From: Neoconidiobolus thromboides FSU 785
Taxonomy: Eukaryota; Fungi; Entomophthoromycota
Length of the DNA: 64,000 nt
Assembly (NCBI GenBank): GCA_025603075.1
Contig: MU626356.1
Location: forward strand, 17,305-81,304
Direction: 5' to 3'
Shown here: piece by piece, positions 52,537 to 64,000 of the stretch
Numbering within the stretch: the first letter of the stretch is position 1
How the letters are laid out: every line of letters begins with the position of its first letter
Notes under the pieces: generated by a model
What the model saw: the letters and a program-made list of their open reading frames with translations, nothing else
Databases searched by the model: none
Told to the model about the DNA's origin: nothing
Program-made: the position numbers and the translations under genes

Positions 52537-53339
52537 TTAAAATTTAATAGATAACATTATTGATAAAAGAATTAAATCATTAATTTTACTTCGAGCTTTA
52601 GTTCAATAATAAAATATGGGTTTTGTTTGTCGTTAATACCAGCCAATTTATTTGTATGGCACTAATTAGTTACAACTCAGGTCCTCTGTGCTTTATATTA
52701 ACTATATATGTAATTCAGAAGTATAAAAAAGTTGATGTAGTTTATAATATAATAACAAAAATTATATTACCATTAATATATTTAATAATACTTAGGGGGA
52801 TTTTCTATGATCTTTTCCTTCAGTTTTAGCTTACTAATAAAGGGACTATACAGTAAACTAGTACCAATATATTTTATTATATTTTAAAGATGACAATAAT
52901 AAAACTCTGATCTCAAAAACACTATCCTAATCATGGCCAATGGTAATACATTGCTTTGGTTTAAACGTTTAGTAAGAACAAAATGAGTATCTCGAAAAAT
53001 CATCTTAGAGGCATAATTTTCTAGCTTATCATCTGTTTTAGTTCCTTCACACTCTAGTATATCAAACACGATCGCGATATATCCACCTTTTTTATCGAAT
53101 ACTCAATTTAATATTTCTATCGATACTACAACTAAATAACATAGTTGTAAAATTAAAATCAAAACTTGATTTGCTCTTACTTCTGAGGAAGTCATATATC
53201 GTTGATACATAAAATGCGCCTTACAAAATTTCTTCAATGTAGTCTGAAATATTAGCATTATGTCCTGCTTATAGATAGAAATTAGCATTCTTATGATGAA
53301 AAGATTTAAGGTTATTCAAACCGAATTGAACCACCATTT

Positions 53340-53438
53340 GGGGATGTATTTTTGTGTTTAAGAATCTTACTAACAAATTTTCCGCTTAAATAGCGCTCAA
53401 AAAATGGAAAAAATAATGAAGTTAAAAAAAACACTCCC
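53340..53438 (+). mobile_element. MITE family A copy
   Basis: GGGGATGTATTTTTGTG...AAACACTCCC, flanked by ATTT/ATTT. Confidence 0.92.
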
Positions 53439-53734
53439 ATTTTGATTATGTTATATTGATAATTTTCTTTGCTTTTATTTATATGTTTTAGTACTAATTA
53501 TGAAATAAACATCTTGTGTTGTTTATTATTGGACATATTTTAAAAAATATTGTTTCATAAAAACTACTCTTTGATTGATATTAAAAACTATTTTGACTAT
53601 TGATTTATCATTCAGTTTATTATTCATTTATACTACAGATATAGCTCAAAAATATCGTGTTTTTCATTAATTTCTTACAGCTCTTGAAATACAATTAATA
53701 TTAAATATTTTGTAGCTCTTTTTTACTATCATAT

Positions 53735-53831
53735 GGGGGTGTTTTTTTGACTTCATTACTTTTTCCATTTTTAAGCGCTATTTGAGTGAAAAAGCTATTA
53801 ATAAAATTCTTAAACACAAAAATACATCCCC
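53735..53831 (-). mobile_element. MITE family A copy
   Basis: GGGGGTGTTTTTTTGAC...AATACATCCCC, flanked by ATAT/ATAT. Confidence 0.92.
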
Positions 53832-54470
53832 ATATCATCATATTTCATTAAATCAATTAGCAAAAATATTTATTAAAGATTCCAGTTATATGAATTAATT
53901 TAAATCTTATTTAATAACCCCGTGTTATTAAATATAGAAATATTTTGTGTATCTATGGGTTTATTGGCAATTTCTATTATTACAGCGAGCATCAATAAAA
54001 TATTTGATTTTTAGAATTACTGTTTTTTGACATATTCTCCTATATTAATGGTTTAAAATGGGTTACATCTTTTTTATGAAGTATGAGCACTTACATTGAT
54101 TGAGGTAAAAATCCAAATCTGAAAAGCGGTTAAGTCAGATGTGTTTATCAGATGCCAATATTTAATTTTAAGATTAACTTTTATTTAGATTCTAAATATT
54201 TGATTGAGTTTTAAGTTTAAAATAAGGATAATTAAGTAAAGATAGAGTTTAGAATTTTATCTTAAATTTATTATCATTTGGAAATTTGTATAACTAACTT
54301 TGAGGAAAGAAGTAATAATAACAAACCAGTTAAAGGGACAAAACGCCAGATAATCCCTTGATTTTTAATTAATTGGCTATTGTTTTATTTTTGATATCTT
54401 TCCTGTAAGCTCTTTTTATAAATAGATACCCTTTTGTTTTTTGACTCTTATAGCATAAGCTGGAATTATA

Positions 54471-55920
54471 ATGAATAGCTCATTTAACTTTTGGAACATT
54501 GGAAAATCAATAATCAAAGGCATATTATCTTACCTTTCAAAGAAAGATAAGATCAATATACTTGTGTACTGTAAAAGATGTAGTAAACTATTCACGTCTT
54601 TATATAGGAAGGCGTCAAAATAGCTGAAAAGGACTACAAGCATAAAGATGAAACGAGAAGTACCTTTAAAAAGTATGGTCGTTTTATTAGATATTTAGAT
54701 GCTAGAGTCTTCCCTCGTTTCGTGGTTTACCCAGTAAATTATTAAAATATTTCAAAGGGGCATTTATCTTTGGATAACTACTTTAGGTATCTGGAATATT
54801 TTACATATATCTCATTAATAGATCTTTATTGTATATGTTATATTGATGACTATGAAGCTGAAGGGTTTATAAATATGTATGAAGTCCTTTTCAAAAAAGC
54901 TGTTTAACATCTAAGGTGTTTAGAAATCCATTGTTCTGACGATGAATTTACAGATCCAGTACTACCACTTTTGTCATCAACTTTAACTTCAGCAGCTAAA
55001 GATTGCTATTCCAGGAAAGTTGCCTATTTTGAAGAATTGCTAAATAAGTTTGGTAACTTAAAGGTATTCAAACTAGATTGGATTAAGCTTCAATCAAGGG
55101 AGTCTAGTTGCTTTTTAAACAAGGAATTCCAATACCCAACTAGTTTACTCATCAAAAATCCGGATATGATAGATACAAAAGAAGTATGTATAAACTTAAG
55201 CAATTATTCAAAACTTGAATTGTTTTATTATCTACAAGGAGATGGGTTTATATTTAGTGGGGGATCCGACTTAAAATTAAATTTAGACGGCACTGATATA
55301 AAAAACAAACGAACAATGAAATATTTCCAAAACTAAATCATTTGAGTTTAGAAGTTCGTGGTAAGCGCATATACAGGCTTTTGTACTTCCATTCAATTTA
55401 CTTACACTTATGCGCTTAAAGTTAACATAATACAATAGTGAGCTATTATTTCTAGAATGGTATAATGGGCAAGTACTCTTGAAAAAATCATCAAAAAGAG
55501 GAAACAATATAGAGCTGTTTTTTTGGTTTCATTGTTTTTCCATTTTTTAAGCACTATTTGAGTGGAAAGATTGTAATAAAATTCTTAAACAAAAAACACA
55601 TCCCCACAAATAACATTAGAAATTGAATGTTCTACTTTGGGAACTGAGTTTTTGAATTTTTTATATACGTCATGCCCTAATTCATATAACCTTGAATTAG
55701 AAGATTATAAATTTGATACCAATATACCGTTTCCAGATCAAAAGCTAGTAGAAAACCACACATCAATAACCTAACACCTGAAGACATATCTAGTTCCGGT
55801 TCTATTGCTATTTCTGTCGATTATATTTCAAAGTATTTTAGAAACATAGGCTCTTTTAAATTTACAAAATGCTGTGGGTTTATAGATAAAAATGTTAGCA
55901 GAGATCCTATATTTTATTTT
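54471..55920 (+). pseudogene. F-box/LRR pseudogene with a MITE insertion
   Basis: MNSSFNFWNIGKSIIKGILSYLSKKDKINILVYCKR is F-box-like; stops and frameshifts follow. LEIECSTLGTEFLNFLYTSCPN is LRR-like and YFRNIGSFKFTKC matches the paralog's AFRSIRSFEFIKC. Confidence 0.6.
55511..55605 (-). mobile_element. MITE family A copy inside the F-box pseudogene
   Basis: AGAGCTGTTTTTTTGG...AACACATCCCC; the flanks are imperfect (ATAT/ACAA). Confidence 0.85.
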
Positions 55921-56639
55921 GAGAAAAATCAATCCTTTATATTACTTTTTTCTGTTCTTATAGTCAATAGTATGCTTTTGTTTTTTTAATCTATACTTTA
56001 TTCACATTTGCAGTAATTTTATATTAATACTATTAAAGTAAGATTAATCGTAAATAGTATTGTGTACTAGGCCACGGAAAAACTGTAAATTTTTTGCTAA
56101 CATTAGGAGAAAAATTGGCTTTGCTATTAAAGTTCTGATGTCTTTTACAGAACTTTGAGATTGTAGTAACATTGATAATTTATTCCTTAGTTGACATCGC
56201 AGCTTGTGAGTACTTGAATTTGTTTAAATGTGTTTTTTTATTAGTGTTTGGTGGTGTCTTAATCGCCTTGGCTTGATATTTCTAAATTTAATCCTTATTC
56301 TAGCTAACGTGCTCTTTGATCTCATATAGTTTGCATGCTTTATATATACATTTCTAGTCAAGAAAGTCCAAAGATTCAGAAATTTCTGACTATAGACATA
56401 TTAAACTACAAAATTATAAAATTTAAAAACTTTATGTGGTATAAATATGAAGAATTCAAACTAAAATTAACAGACAATTGAATCAATCAATTATATTTGA
56501 CTATTAAACCACTATCAGATAATATATACCATATGCCTTTATTAAACATAATTATATTATTAAAATAATAATAATAAAAGTATATAATCTAAATACGGCA
56601 TCAATTATAAATAAAAAAACTTTCAACTAAACAAACAAA

Positions 56640-57925
56640 TTAATTTCTATAAGATCTGATAGCCAAAAGAGCAATCACAGCAAAAGATACTGCCATACTA
56701 GAAATTAAATTAACGGATGGTAAAAATCGATGAAATCTAAAAAATGAATGTTTTTTCTTAAATTTTGCTAAATTTTCAAATTGTGATAAATCATTTTTAA
56801 AGTATAAAATTAAATTCAAAGATAAATGATCTGATGCAAGATAGTTTAAATTGGATTTAAACATAGATAATATCCCGAAACCACGAAAAAAAGTCCAATC
56901 TAATTTGGCTTTATAAAAACCATAGTAATCTGGATTATCAAGCGTAATATCTAAGTCTGGATGCCAAGGATCCAATAATCCAGGATTTCTAGCATTCTTC
57001 AATACATTTGGATGGTTATTTAGTTCCGGATGGCTGTTTAATAATTTTAAATTAAAAGGTCCTTCACTGATATGAAACGACATTATGTTTTCATACCACC
57101 ATAGGGATTCACTAAGGCCAATTGAACGCCAACGAAAAGAATCCTTACAAAATTTACTTGATAATCTTGCAATAGAATGTCCCATTGTATTCATATCTCC
57201 AAAAACCAATTGATAAGGGAATTCATCTAAATTCTTTTGACTATGCTCTAATATTTCTGAAAACTGTAAAACTCGATGCGATAACCCGCAAAATACCTCA
57301 AGGTGAGCAGAATAACACAATACTGGTGAGCATGGGGTTATTACTTCCGCTATTAAAGTATACCTTTTACCCAATCTAGGCTCTTTTAAACTACTACCTT
57401 CACTTTCCCAATTTACTGGTTGATATTTATGCTCTATTTTATCAAACATCATATCAAACTTAGAGAAAATTGCGTTTCCATGAATTCCTCCTCCCTTTTA
57501 TTAAAATTCAGAAAGCTTCATAAAAAAGTAATCTACTAAATACCTGATCTCTGTTACATCTAATATCGGATTCTAGCTCTAGAAACTCTGTAACAAAACC
57601 ACCCAGCCAATTTAATTCTTTACAAATATGCTCCATCTGATCTATCTGTAAGCTTCTTTTACAACCAATATCTACTTCCTTCCAAAATAAATTAACCAGG
57701 TAACGTTTAAGTAGGATTTACCTGTATCATTGCTATATCTGGATCAAATTGCTTAATCTCTTCAATTATCTGATCTAATTTATACCCTCGCTCAATATTC
57801 CATTGCATAACTTTTAAAGCATATCCTTTAAAGCCTATATTTTTATTTATGCCACTAGCTTCGTCTTTATTAACTCTATAATCATATCTCAATATTTCGC
57901 CTGGTTTTGCTTTTATAGTGTCCAT
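56640..57925 (-). CDS. Endonuclease/exonuclease/phosphatase (EEP) family protein with C-terminal hydrophobic anchor
   Basis: Motifs: VMQWNIERG, IAMIQ|EVDIGC, GNAIFSKF, YSAHLE, FGDMNT, KLDWTF, ASDH. The C-terminus LISSMAVSFAVIALLAIRSYRN is TM-like. Confidence 0.85.
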
Positions 57926-58206
57926 CTTGTTCTATAATATTAATTCTAATAAAAATAAAATTTAAGAAGTAATTTTGAAGTTTGGATTTCTTTCAAAATG
58001 CTTGTCAACCAGATTTTGCGTTTTTAAATCATTAAAATTTGCTGCAGAACACTAATATACTAAATTTATGATTCTTTGTTGAATTTATCATTTTAATAAA
58101 TCAACTTTGATTAAAAAGAGTATTTTAAACTACGCTACAGTCAGTAATAAACCAAAACCTGTATTAATAGCATTGAATTAACAAAGTAACATATATAGAT
58201 ATAGTT

Positions 58207-58695
58207 ATGGAAAATGACAAACATATCTCAGCATTGAAATCGAAATTAACGGAGATAGAAACTAAATTAAAAGAAGAAGACAATAAGGGTAAAGAATTAG
58301 AAATAAAGTATGAGACGTTGGTTAGCGAGATTGAAGCACAATTAGAAAGGGTTGAAGAGGGAGAAAATATTAAAAAACCAAGCTATGAGAATCTTGATCA
58401 AGCTATTGAAAGGTGTGATAACAAGAAGGGTCATTTAAAAGAAATCGAAGATGAGATAAACAATTTGAACAAGAGTATAGATCTAGAACTTACATGCCAA
58501 GAAAATAGTAGAAAGATATCTGAAGCTATTGGAATAAACTATGACGAAATCAAGGATAAAGATAAAGACATAGATTTAAATACTATTAAAATATCTAAAT
58601 TTCCTGAAACTAGGTTGCATTTACTTAAGTTGGTAACAGAATATTTGGAAATTGAAAACAATAAACTTAAAGAGAAGATTGCCTCGAAAGAATGA
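58207..58695 (+). CDS. Uncharacterised coiled-coil protein, 162 aa
   Basis: Clean ATG-to-TGA ORF with heptad-like E/K-rich composition and purine-rich coding bias. Confidence 0.6.
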   Translation: MENDKHISALKSKLTEIETKLKEEDNKGKELEIKYETLVSEIEAQLERVEEGENIKKPSYENLDQAIERCDNKKGHLKEIEDEINNLNKSIDLELTCQENSRKISEAIGINYDEIKDKDKDIDLNTIKISKFPETRLHLLKLVTEYLEIENNKLKEKIASKE

Positions 58696-58931
58696 AAATT
58701 AATTGCTATATAATAAAAATTGAACTAAACGTATAATATTCTTTTAAAACATGATTTGGTAATCTGGTTCTCAAATGTAAAATATGACTACCATCTGACT
58801 TTATGGTTTACTAATTATTTTATACATACTGGTAAATATCTTACCATTTAAAATTGCTTTATAGTTTGCATCATAGAGATATAATCCAATATAAAAACTG
58901 TAGCAGTTTATTAAATAATCTATTTTTACTT

Positions 58932-60426
58932 TTATTCAAAATGATTTTTACGAATATTTTCACCGATACCATCCTCTGAAAAATCCTGATGAAAAGCCAC
59001 TTCATAAACATATTCATTAGATAAATAATCTAATGAGCCTTCTTCTGCAGGCCAGCAAGAATTTGGGCAAGAATAAATAAAATAAGAACCCCAATCCATG
59101 GAATCAAAACTAGAATTATCCAATGGTAAATAATTTAATAATTGTGGCATAATCTAAAGATTATTAACAAAGTATACAATTAGATATAATATTTAAGTCA
59201 CCTGTAGCTCGAATACCCTTGGAGAATAACATTTTTGACAAGGAAGGATATCAGAGGGAGTTGGTTTACCCTGTTCTCCAACCCAGAGAGGCTCAATATC
59301 TTGACCTTCTTCATCTTTATTGTATGTACGCACATATCTTATTACTTGTGTAGGATCAAACTCCACCCTCCTTTGGAACGCTAAAAAGGCAGCATCCACT
59401 TCTACTTTAGTATTTTCGTATTTTTCATCACCAGGTACAACAAGTGCTTTACTATCGCCTTCTTCAGGGGCTTTGTTGACTGTAACCTCTTCCATAAGCT
59501 TTTCCACTTTTTTCATAGTCTCTTTTTTCATTTCTTCTATACTTTTTTCAGGTTCTGAATCGATATATTTTTCTGGAAACCCAACTCTATTAACTTTTTG
59601 CTTGTATTCTTCTATATTTTCCTTAGTTATTTTATCGCAATTATGCTTATGCGATCCAATGGTCCAATCCCATACTTGATGTTCTTTACTACAGTATTGG
59701 GCTAAATGACATTTCGAACATCTTTTGTCTCCTTGCAAATGGCATACCCAACATTGATTTTCCACTAAAAATTTAATTTGAGATAAATTTTGTCAAAAAT
59801 TGATTGTTTTCGATATACCTTTTACATCATCTTTCAACTTCCAAAACTCTTCTTCTTCATAAAATTCCTCGTCTTCTTCTCCATCAATATACTTACTTTT
59901 ATCTTCATCTAAAACATAATACTTGTTTTCTCTAGGAAGTTGACTTCTAATAACTTTAATACTATCAAAATTAAATTTAATACACCCAAATTAAAGACAA
60001 TCAGTTATAAATTTATCATATACCTAGTTTTCCTATTAGCCTTTAAGCACTTATTAGCTTTACAAATAAAAACGTAAAGTACACGATGATAAGCCTCTGG
60101 GGGATCATCTTCTGGTGTATAAATCTGCAACAAAAAAGAGAGCGGTTTAGAGCAAACTCCGCAGTTAAGATCTGCAGCACTTGGCGATTTATCAGGACAA
60201 AGCCAAACCTTTATGTTTTTAAATTCATTCAGCCAGTACAAAAATACCATATAAAACTTACTGGAAACCCTCCTAATTTGGTTAAAAAAGCCCCATATTC
60301 AACTCGCTTCTCATTACTGTTGTCTATAAATCCCAATTGTACTGCCGACTCTTCTCCTCTTTCTTCAAATTCGGGCTCTACCTCATCGTAATCTTCTATT
60401 GTTGTTGGATATTCGTAAGGTGGCAT
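58932..60426 (-). CDS. PDCD2: PDCD2/Tsr4 (uS5 chaperone) with MYND zinc finger
   Basis: KLGGFPVWL, CGVCSKPLSFLLQIY...HRVLYVFIC, MYND finger CWVC...CSKC...YCSKEHQVWDW...H..C, and PDCD2_C C..C...RVFELQIMPQLL...DWGSYFIYSC. Confidence 0.9.
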
Positions 60427-60820
60427 CTCTATCTGTTTTTTGTTTTAATGTTATATTTCAACTACATCTCAGATATCGTTTATTTTACCTATTTATTTAG
60501 TTCTATTTTTGTCTATTTTCTTTAATTATTAGCAAGAAACGAATAAATTAAAAATAAATTGAATTTCTAAAAGCAGATTTTAAAAAAGTCATAGTCAAAT
60601 TAACGCTAAACTAAAATTATGTATCTCTTACTAAACTTGATGGAACATGTATATATACATATTTAACACGCCACTATATTATATACATTAAATAAAAAAC
60701 ATAATCCTTTATATATATAGCTTAACGAAAATTATTTAATTAATAATTAATCTTAAATTATTTATTAATCTTTAAAATCTTTGAATTTTAAATCAGTATG
60801 AGTGTTCATAGGTTAGTATA

Positions 60821-61379
60821 TTATTCCCCCCTATAAGAAGCAGTATTTCTATCTGTTTCATGGATTTTAATTTCGAACAACTTAGCTTTGGGCGCAAATG
60901 GTAATAATTTTTCATTTAAAGCTTCCCATGCAAAAACCGCTAGATTTTCGGCTGTACTAAAAGAATATCAATGTTTGTTTTAAATGGATCACTCAACTTA
61001 CCTAGGTTTATCAAAAAAATACTCTACGTCTTTATCCTTAAAATTTAATCACTTTTAAATTATACTATTTATAAACTTACAATATTCTTATGGTCAAGAG
61101 GCTCGATAATCAAATCCTTCATCCATTGTTTCAAATCTGATATGTTAATTATCATTCCAGTTATATGATCAATCTATTCATTAACTTAGCTATTATTTAA
61201 TATTTAATAGAATTTACTTCTCCTCTAATAGTAGCCTCAATGGTATAATTATGTCCATGACAGTTAATATGGTTGCACTTTCCATAGATGGCTTGATTTT
61301 CAGAATCCGATAATGAAGTTGCATGTAGTCTATGCGCTGATGAAAATTTTTCTACTCGTGTGATATATCCTATTGCCAT
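60821..61379 (-). CDS. PTS: 6-pyruvoyl-tetrahydropterin synthase
   Basis: FSSAHRLH (Zn His), YGKCN (catalytic Cys), HGHNY, GMIINISDLK, LDHKN, TAENLAVFAW, IHETDRN; ends YRGE*. Confidence 0.92.
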
Positions 61380-61944
61380 CGTTTGAAATTTTTAAAGAAT
61401 AAAGCTTTATTTTTTATCTGATTTTTAAAAAAATCTTTATTTTTTATTTTGACATTTGGAAGATTTATTTCAGTAAATTAAAGTTCTCCTTAATTTTTAA
61501 AACTAAGCAAATGATGCAACTTTGATGGCTGGAAACTTATTTAGTAAAGGGGACTTCTATCTATCATTAATAGTAATAAGTAGAAGACCTCATTAATAAA
61601 TCAATATTGTTATTGTCATAGTTTTTAGTAAATTAATGGTATATTGATTTAATACTCTTGAATAGCTTGCAAGATATATATGATACATATATGAAATAAA
61701 CTATTGAAGCTTAATATGTTATAAAGCAAGCATTTTATGTTTTAACAGATATATAACTCGTTACTTACTACCTTTATGAAAATATATTTTACCAAATGCT
61801 ATCTTTTTATAATTAAGAGTGCTATGCATCTAAGTGCTTCACCAACAATAAGCAAAAAATGGGTATAGTTTGTTTAGAATTAATAATATGAAAGAAGAAA
61901 TATACAATCCTAGAGATTAACAATATTTATGTTCATGACTATAT

Positions 61945-62043
61945 GGGGATGTATTTTTGTGTTTAAGAATTTTACTAACAAATTTTCCACGCAAATAGCG
62001 CTTAAAAGACGGAAAAAGCAATGAAGTCAAAAAAAACACTCCC
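61945..62043 (+). mobile_element. MITE family A copy
   Basis: GGGGATGTATTTTTGTG...AAAACACTCCC, flanked by ATAT/ATAT. Confidence 0.92.
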
Positions 62044-63554
62044 ATATGAATTAAAAGCTCATTTACATATAAAATAGTATTAGCTTGTCATTTTAGACTA
62101 GTATACTAGACTTTTTAAAATCAATGAAAGAAAGCTTGAAAAATTCATAAAAACTTACGAGAACAATGGAAAAAAACTTGAGCTGTTATAAGTTATAATT
62201 TATTCTACTATTTTAGAATATAATATTCATTGTTGTATTAATCACCGGATTTCCATCGCATTTCAATATCGAGCTAAAGTGGTATAGATACTATTTATAA
62301 CTCCCATCACTTTTATATAATATCTGCATCATAAATCATTCAACATTAAATTCAATTTAAATGTTAGGGAAAATAACAATTTCAACAAAAAGTTTGAGAA
62401 AATGAACAAAATAAGATACTTTTTACTTGAGACTTTAGCTCATTTTTTAAAAGTTTTAAATTTAAAATATAAGCAAAGTTAGAGGGAAAAAAACCATTCA
62501 AAGTATTTTTTTGTTACTATTAAAACATTTGTTAAACTTTTACATATATTCGGGTATATATTTACAACTTATATTCTATTTAAAAATTCATTATAATTAA
62601 ATTTTTGTGATTTCTATAATAGCTTTTTTAAGCTTCAAGTTTTCTTAGCTCTTATATTCTCACTCTACAACTCATTTTTAAATAAAAAGCTTTTAACATG
62701 TTAGCTGAAAAGCTTCAAATATTATTTATGTCAAAACATTAAAAAAATTAAAAAACAATCAAGTGTCAACGTTCTAATTGCATTTTATAACTTTAATTTA
62801 ATTTAATTTTGAATCCTTGAAATTTAGTATAAATTAGAAAGTTTAAAAACCTGTTTGAATTTCCAGGTATTTTTTTTACTTAATCTAAATATGCTTTATA
62901 AATTTTATTTGCTTATTTCAAGATTGAAGGAAAATAGCAGTGATTTTCATGTTATTTACCCTTAACGCATAACCTTAACAACTGATCAAGGTTGAAAATC
63001 GAACCTTATGTTCAAATGAGCCTATGTGGAATAATTATTTCCTTCAATGTTTTGCTCATTTTTTAAGCTTAAAATTTCAAAGCACTAATTAAGTTCTCTT
63101 ATTAAAAAAATATGACCATGGCTACTATTCTTAATTTTTTCCATCCGCATGTCTAATTATAGAGTTGCTTTAAATTAAATGGAAATTTTTCAAATTTTAA
63201 AAGTGCTTATTCAAGCAAATCAAATCCATTCCCGATCACTTCCTATTTGCAGTTCTAACTTTAAAGAATTCGACACCTCATTTGAACTTTGAAACTATAA
63301 AGTTCTTAAATAGTTACAAATGATATCATTAGATATTTTGATTATTACCAATAGATAGATGCCTTGATGATGGATAAACAAGAGCTATAAGTATAAGCGA
63401 TCAATTTTTTGGCTTTCAAGATGTAGGAATATGAGCAATAGATATTTGAAACAATCAAGACAGAATAAAATGCGGAAATTCTTCCGTGAAAAAATAGCAA
63501 TTTAAGAAAATGTATAAAAGCAACTGAAAAATCAAAGCATCATTTATTAAAAAA

Positions 63555-64000
63555 ATGTCAATAACAATTAGTATTCTATTAGTAGTAGTCACTATATTCA
63601 TTGGAATATATGTCGCTTTCTTTAAAAAGCCATCCAATTTAAGTCACTTACCTTCCCCAAGTTTAGCTGAATGTGTTAAAACCCCCTTTGAAGATAAACC
63701 TGCCGATAAAAAAATCCATGATTTATTGTCAAAAAGGTTACATAAAGAAAAAGTACAACTGATTTGGAGAAACGGTGGGTGGGTAGTAGCTTTATCCTCA
63801 GCTGATGCAGCTCGTTCAATGTATAACGACACTACCACTTTTGTCAAAAGATTACCTAGCGAAGTAAGACCCAATTTATTGTTTTCAAAATTTTTGGGAA
63901 TCAATTTAGTGTTTTCGAACCATCAAGTTTGGAAAAGACATCGTAAAGTATTGAACCCACCTTTTAAGAAGCAATTTGAAGTGGAGCTTTTCGAGGAATG
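63555..64000 (+). CDS. Cytochrome P450, N-terminal part (runs off the right edge); missing from the ORF track
   Basis: MSITISILLVVVTIFIGIYVAFFKKPSNLSHLPSP (signal anchor plus Pro hinge), then LGINLVFSNHQVWKRHRKVLNPPF (C-helix WxxxR). The frame is open to the window end. Confidence 0.85.
   Translation, partial: MSITISILLVVVTIFIGIYVAFFKKPSNLSHLPSPSLAECVKTPFEDKPADKKIHDLLSKRLHKEKVQLIWRNGGWVVALSSADAARSMYNDTTTFVKRLPSEVRPNLLFSKFLGINLVFSNHQVWKRHRKVLNPPFKKQFEVELFEE

Noticed and set aside
52000-53300. Short hydrophobic ORFs 52623-52829, 52884-53069, 53103-53288 and a GC-richer patch near 52050-52300
   Set aside because: No recognisable motif or consistent splice structure; these may be gene relics but I cannot support a call.
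31660-53831. Oppositely oriented MITE pairs (31660/32475, 33238/33947, 46398/46933, 53340/53735) as composite transposons
   Set aside because: Each copy has its own TSD, and with an 8:9 orientation split such pairs are expected by chance.

Overview
Very AT-rich eukaryotic DNA (roughly a quarter GC by eye) with compact genes split by many short (~45-80 nt) GT-AG introns. The gene set and style point to an early-diverging fungus, Entomophthoromycotina/Conidiobolus-like (inference, not a database result). About 19 recognisable housekeeping-type genes are present: BUD6-like, CYS3, SSK1, Fus3/Kss1 MAPK, Pep12/Vam3 syntaxin, ERG27-like, eIF3e, MED1-like, ARG3, OXR1, PPIL3, TPS2, a prephenate-dehydratase-like gene, perilipin, an EEP phosphoesterase, PDCD2, PTS, a P450 start and a T5orf172-type gene. 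Three things the ORF track does not explain stand out. (1) An intronless 438-aa gene is built from six tandem ~72-aa transposase-like helix-turn-helix modules whose putative recognition helices vary; three decaying paralogs lie within 17 kb. (2) A ~97-bp MITE is present as 17 full copies plus an inverted, a partial and a longer variant, with GGGG...CCCC ends and a 4-bp target-site duplication. (3) Two very recent local duplications exist: a 179-bp identical inverted copy of MED1 exon 1, and a 214-bp in-frame two-exon/two-intron tandem duplication. Gene boundaries were assembled by hand, so internal exon structure is approximate.
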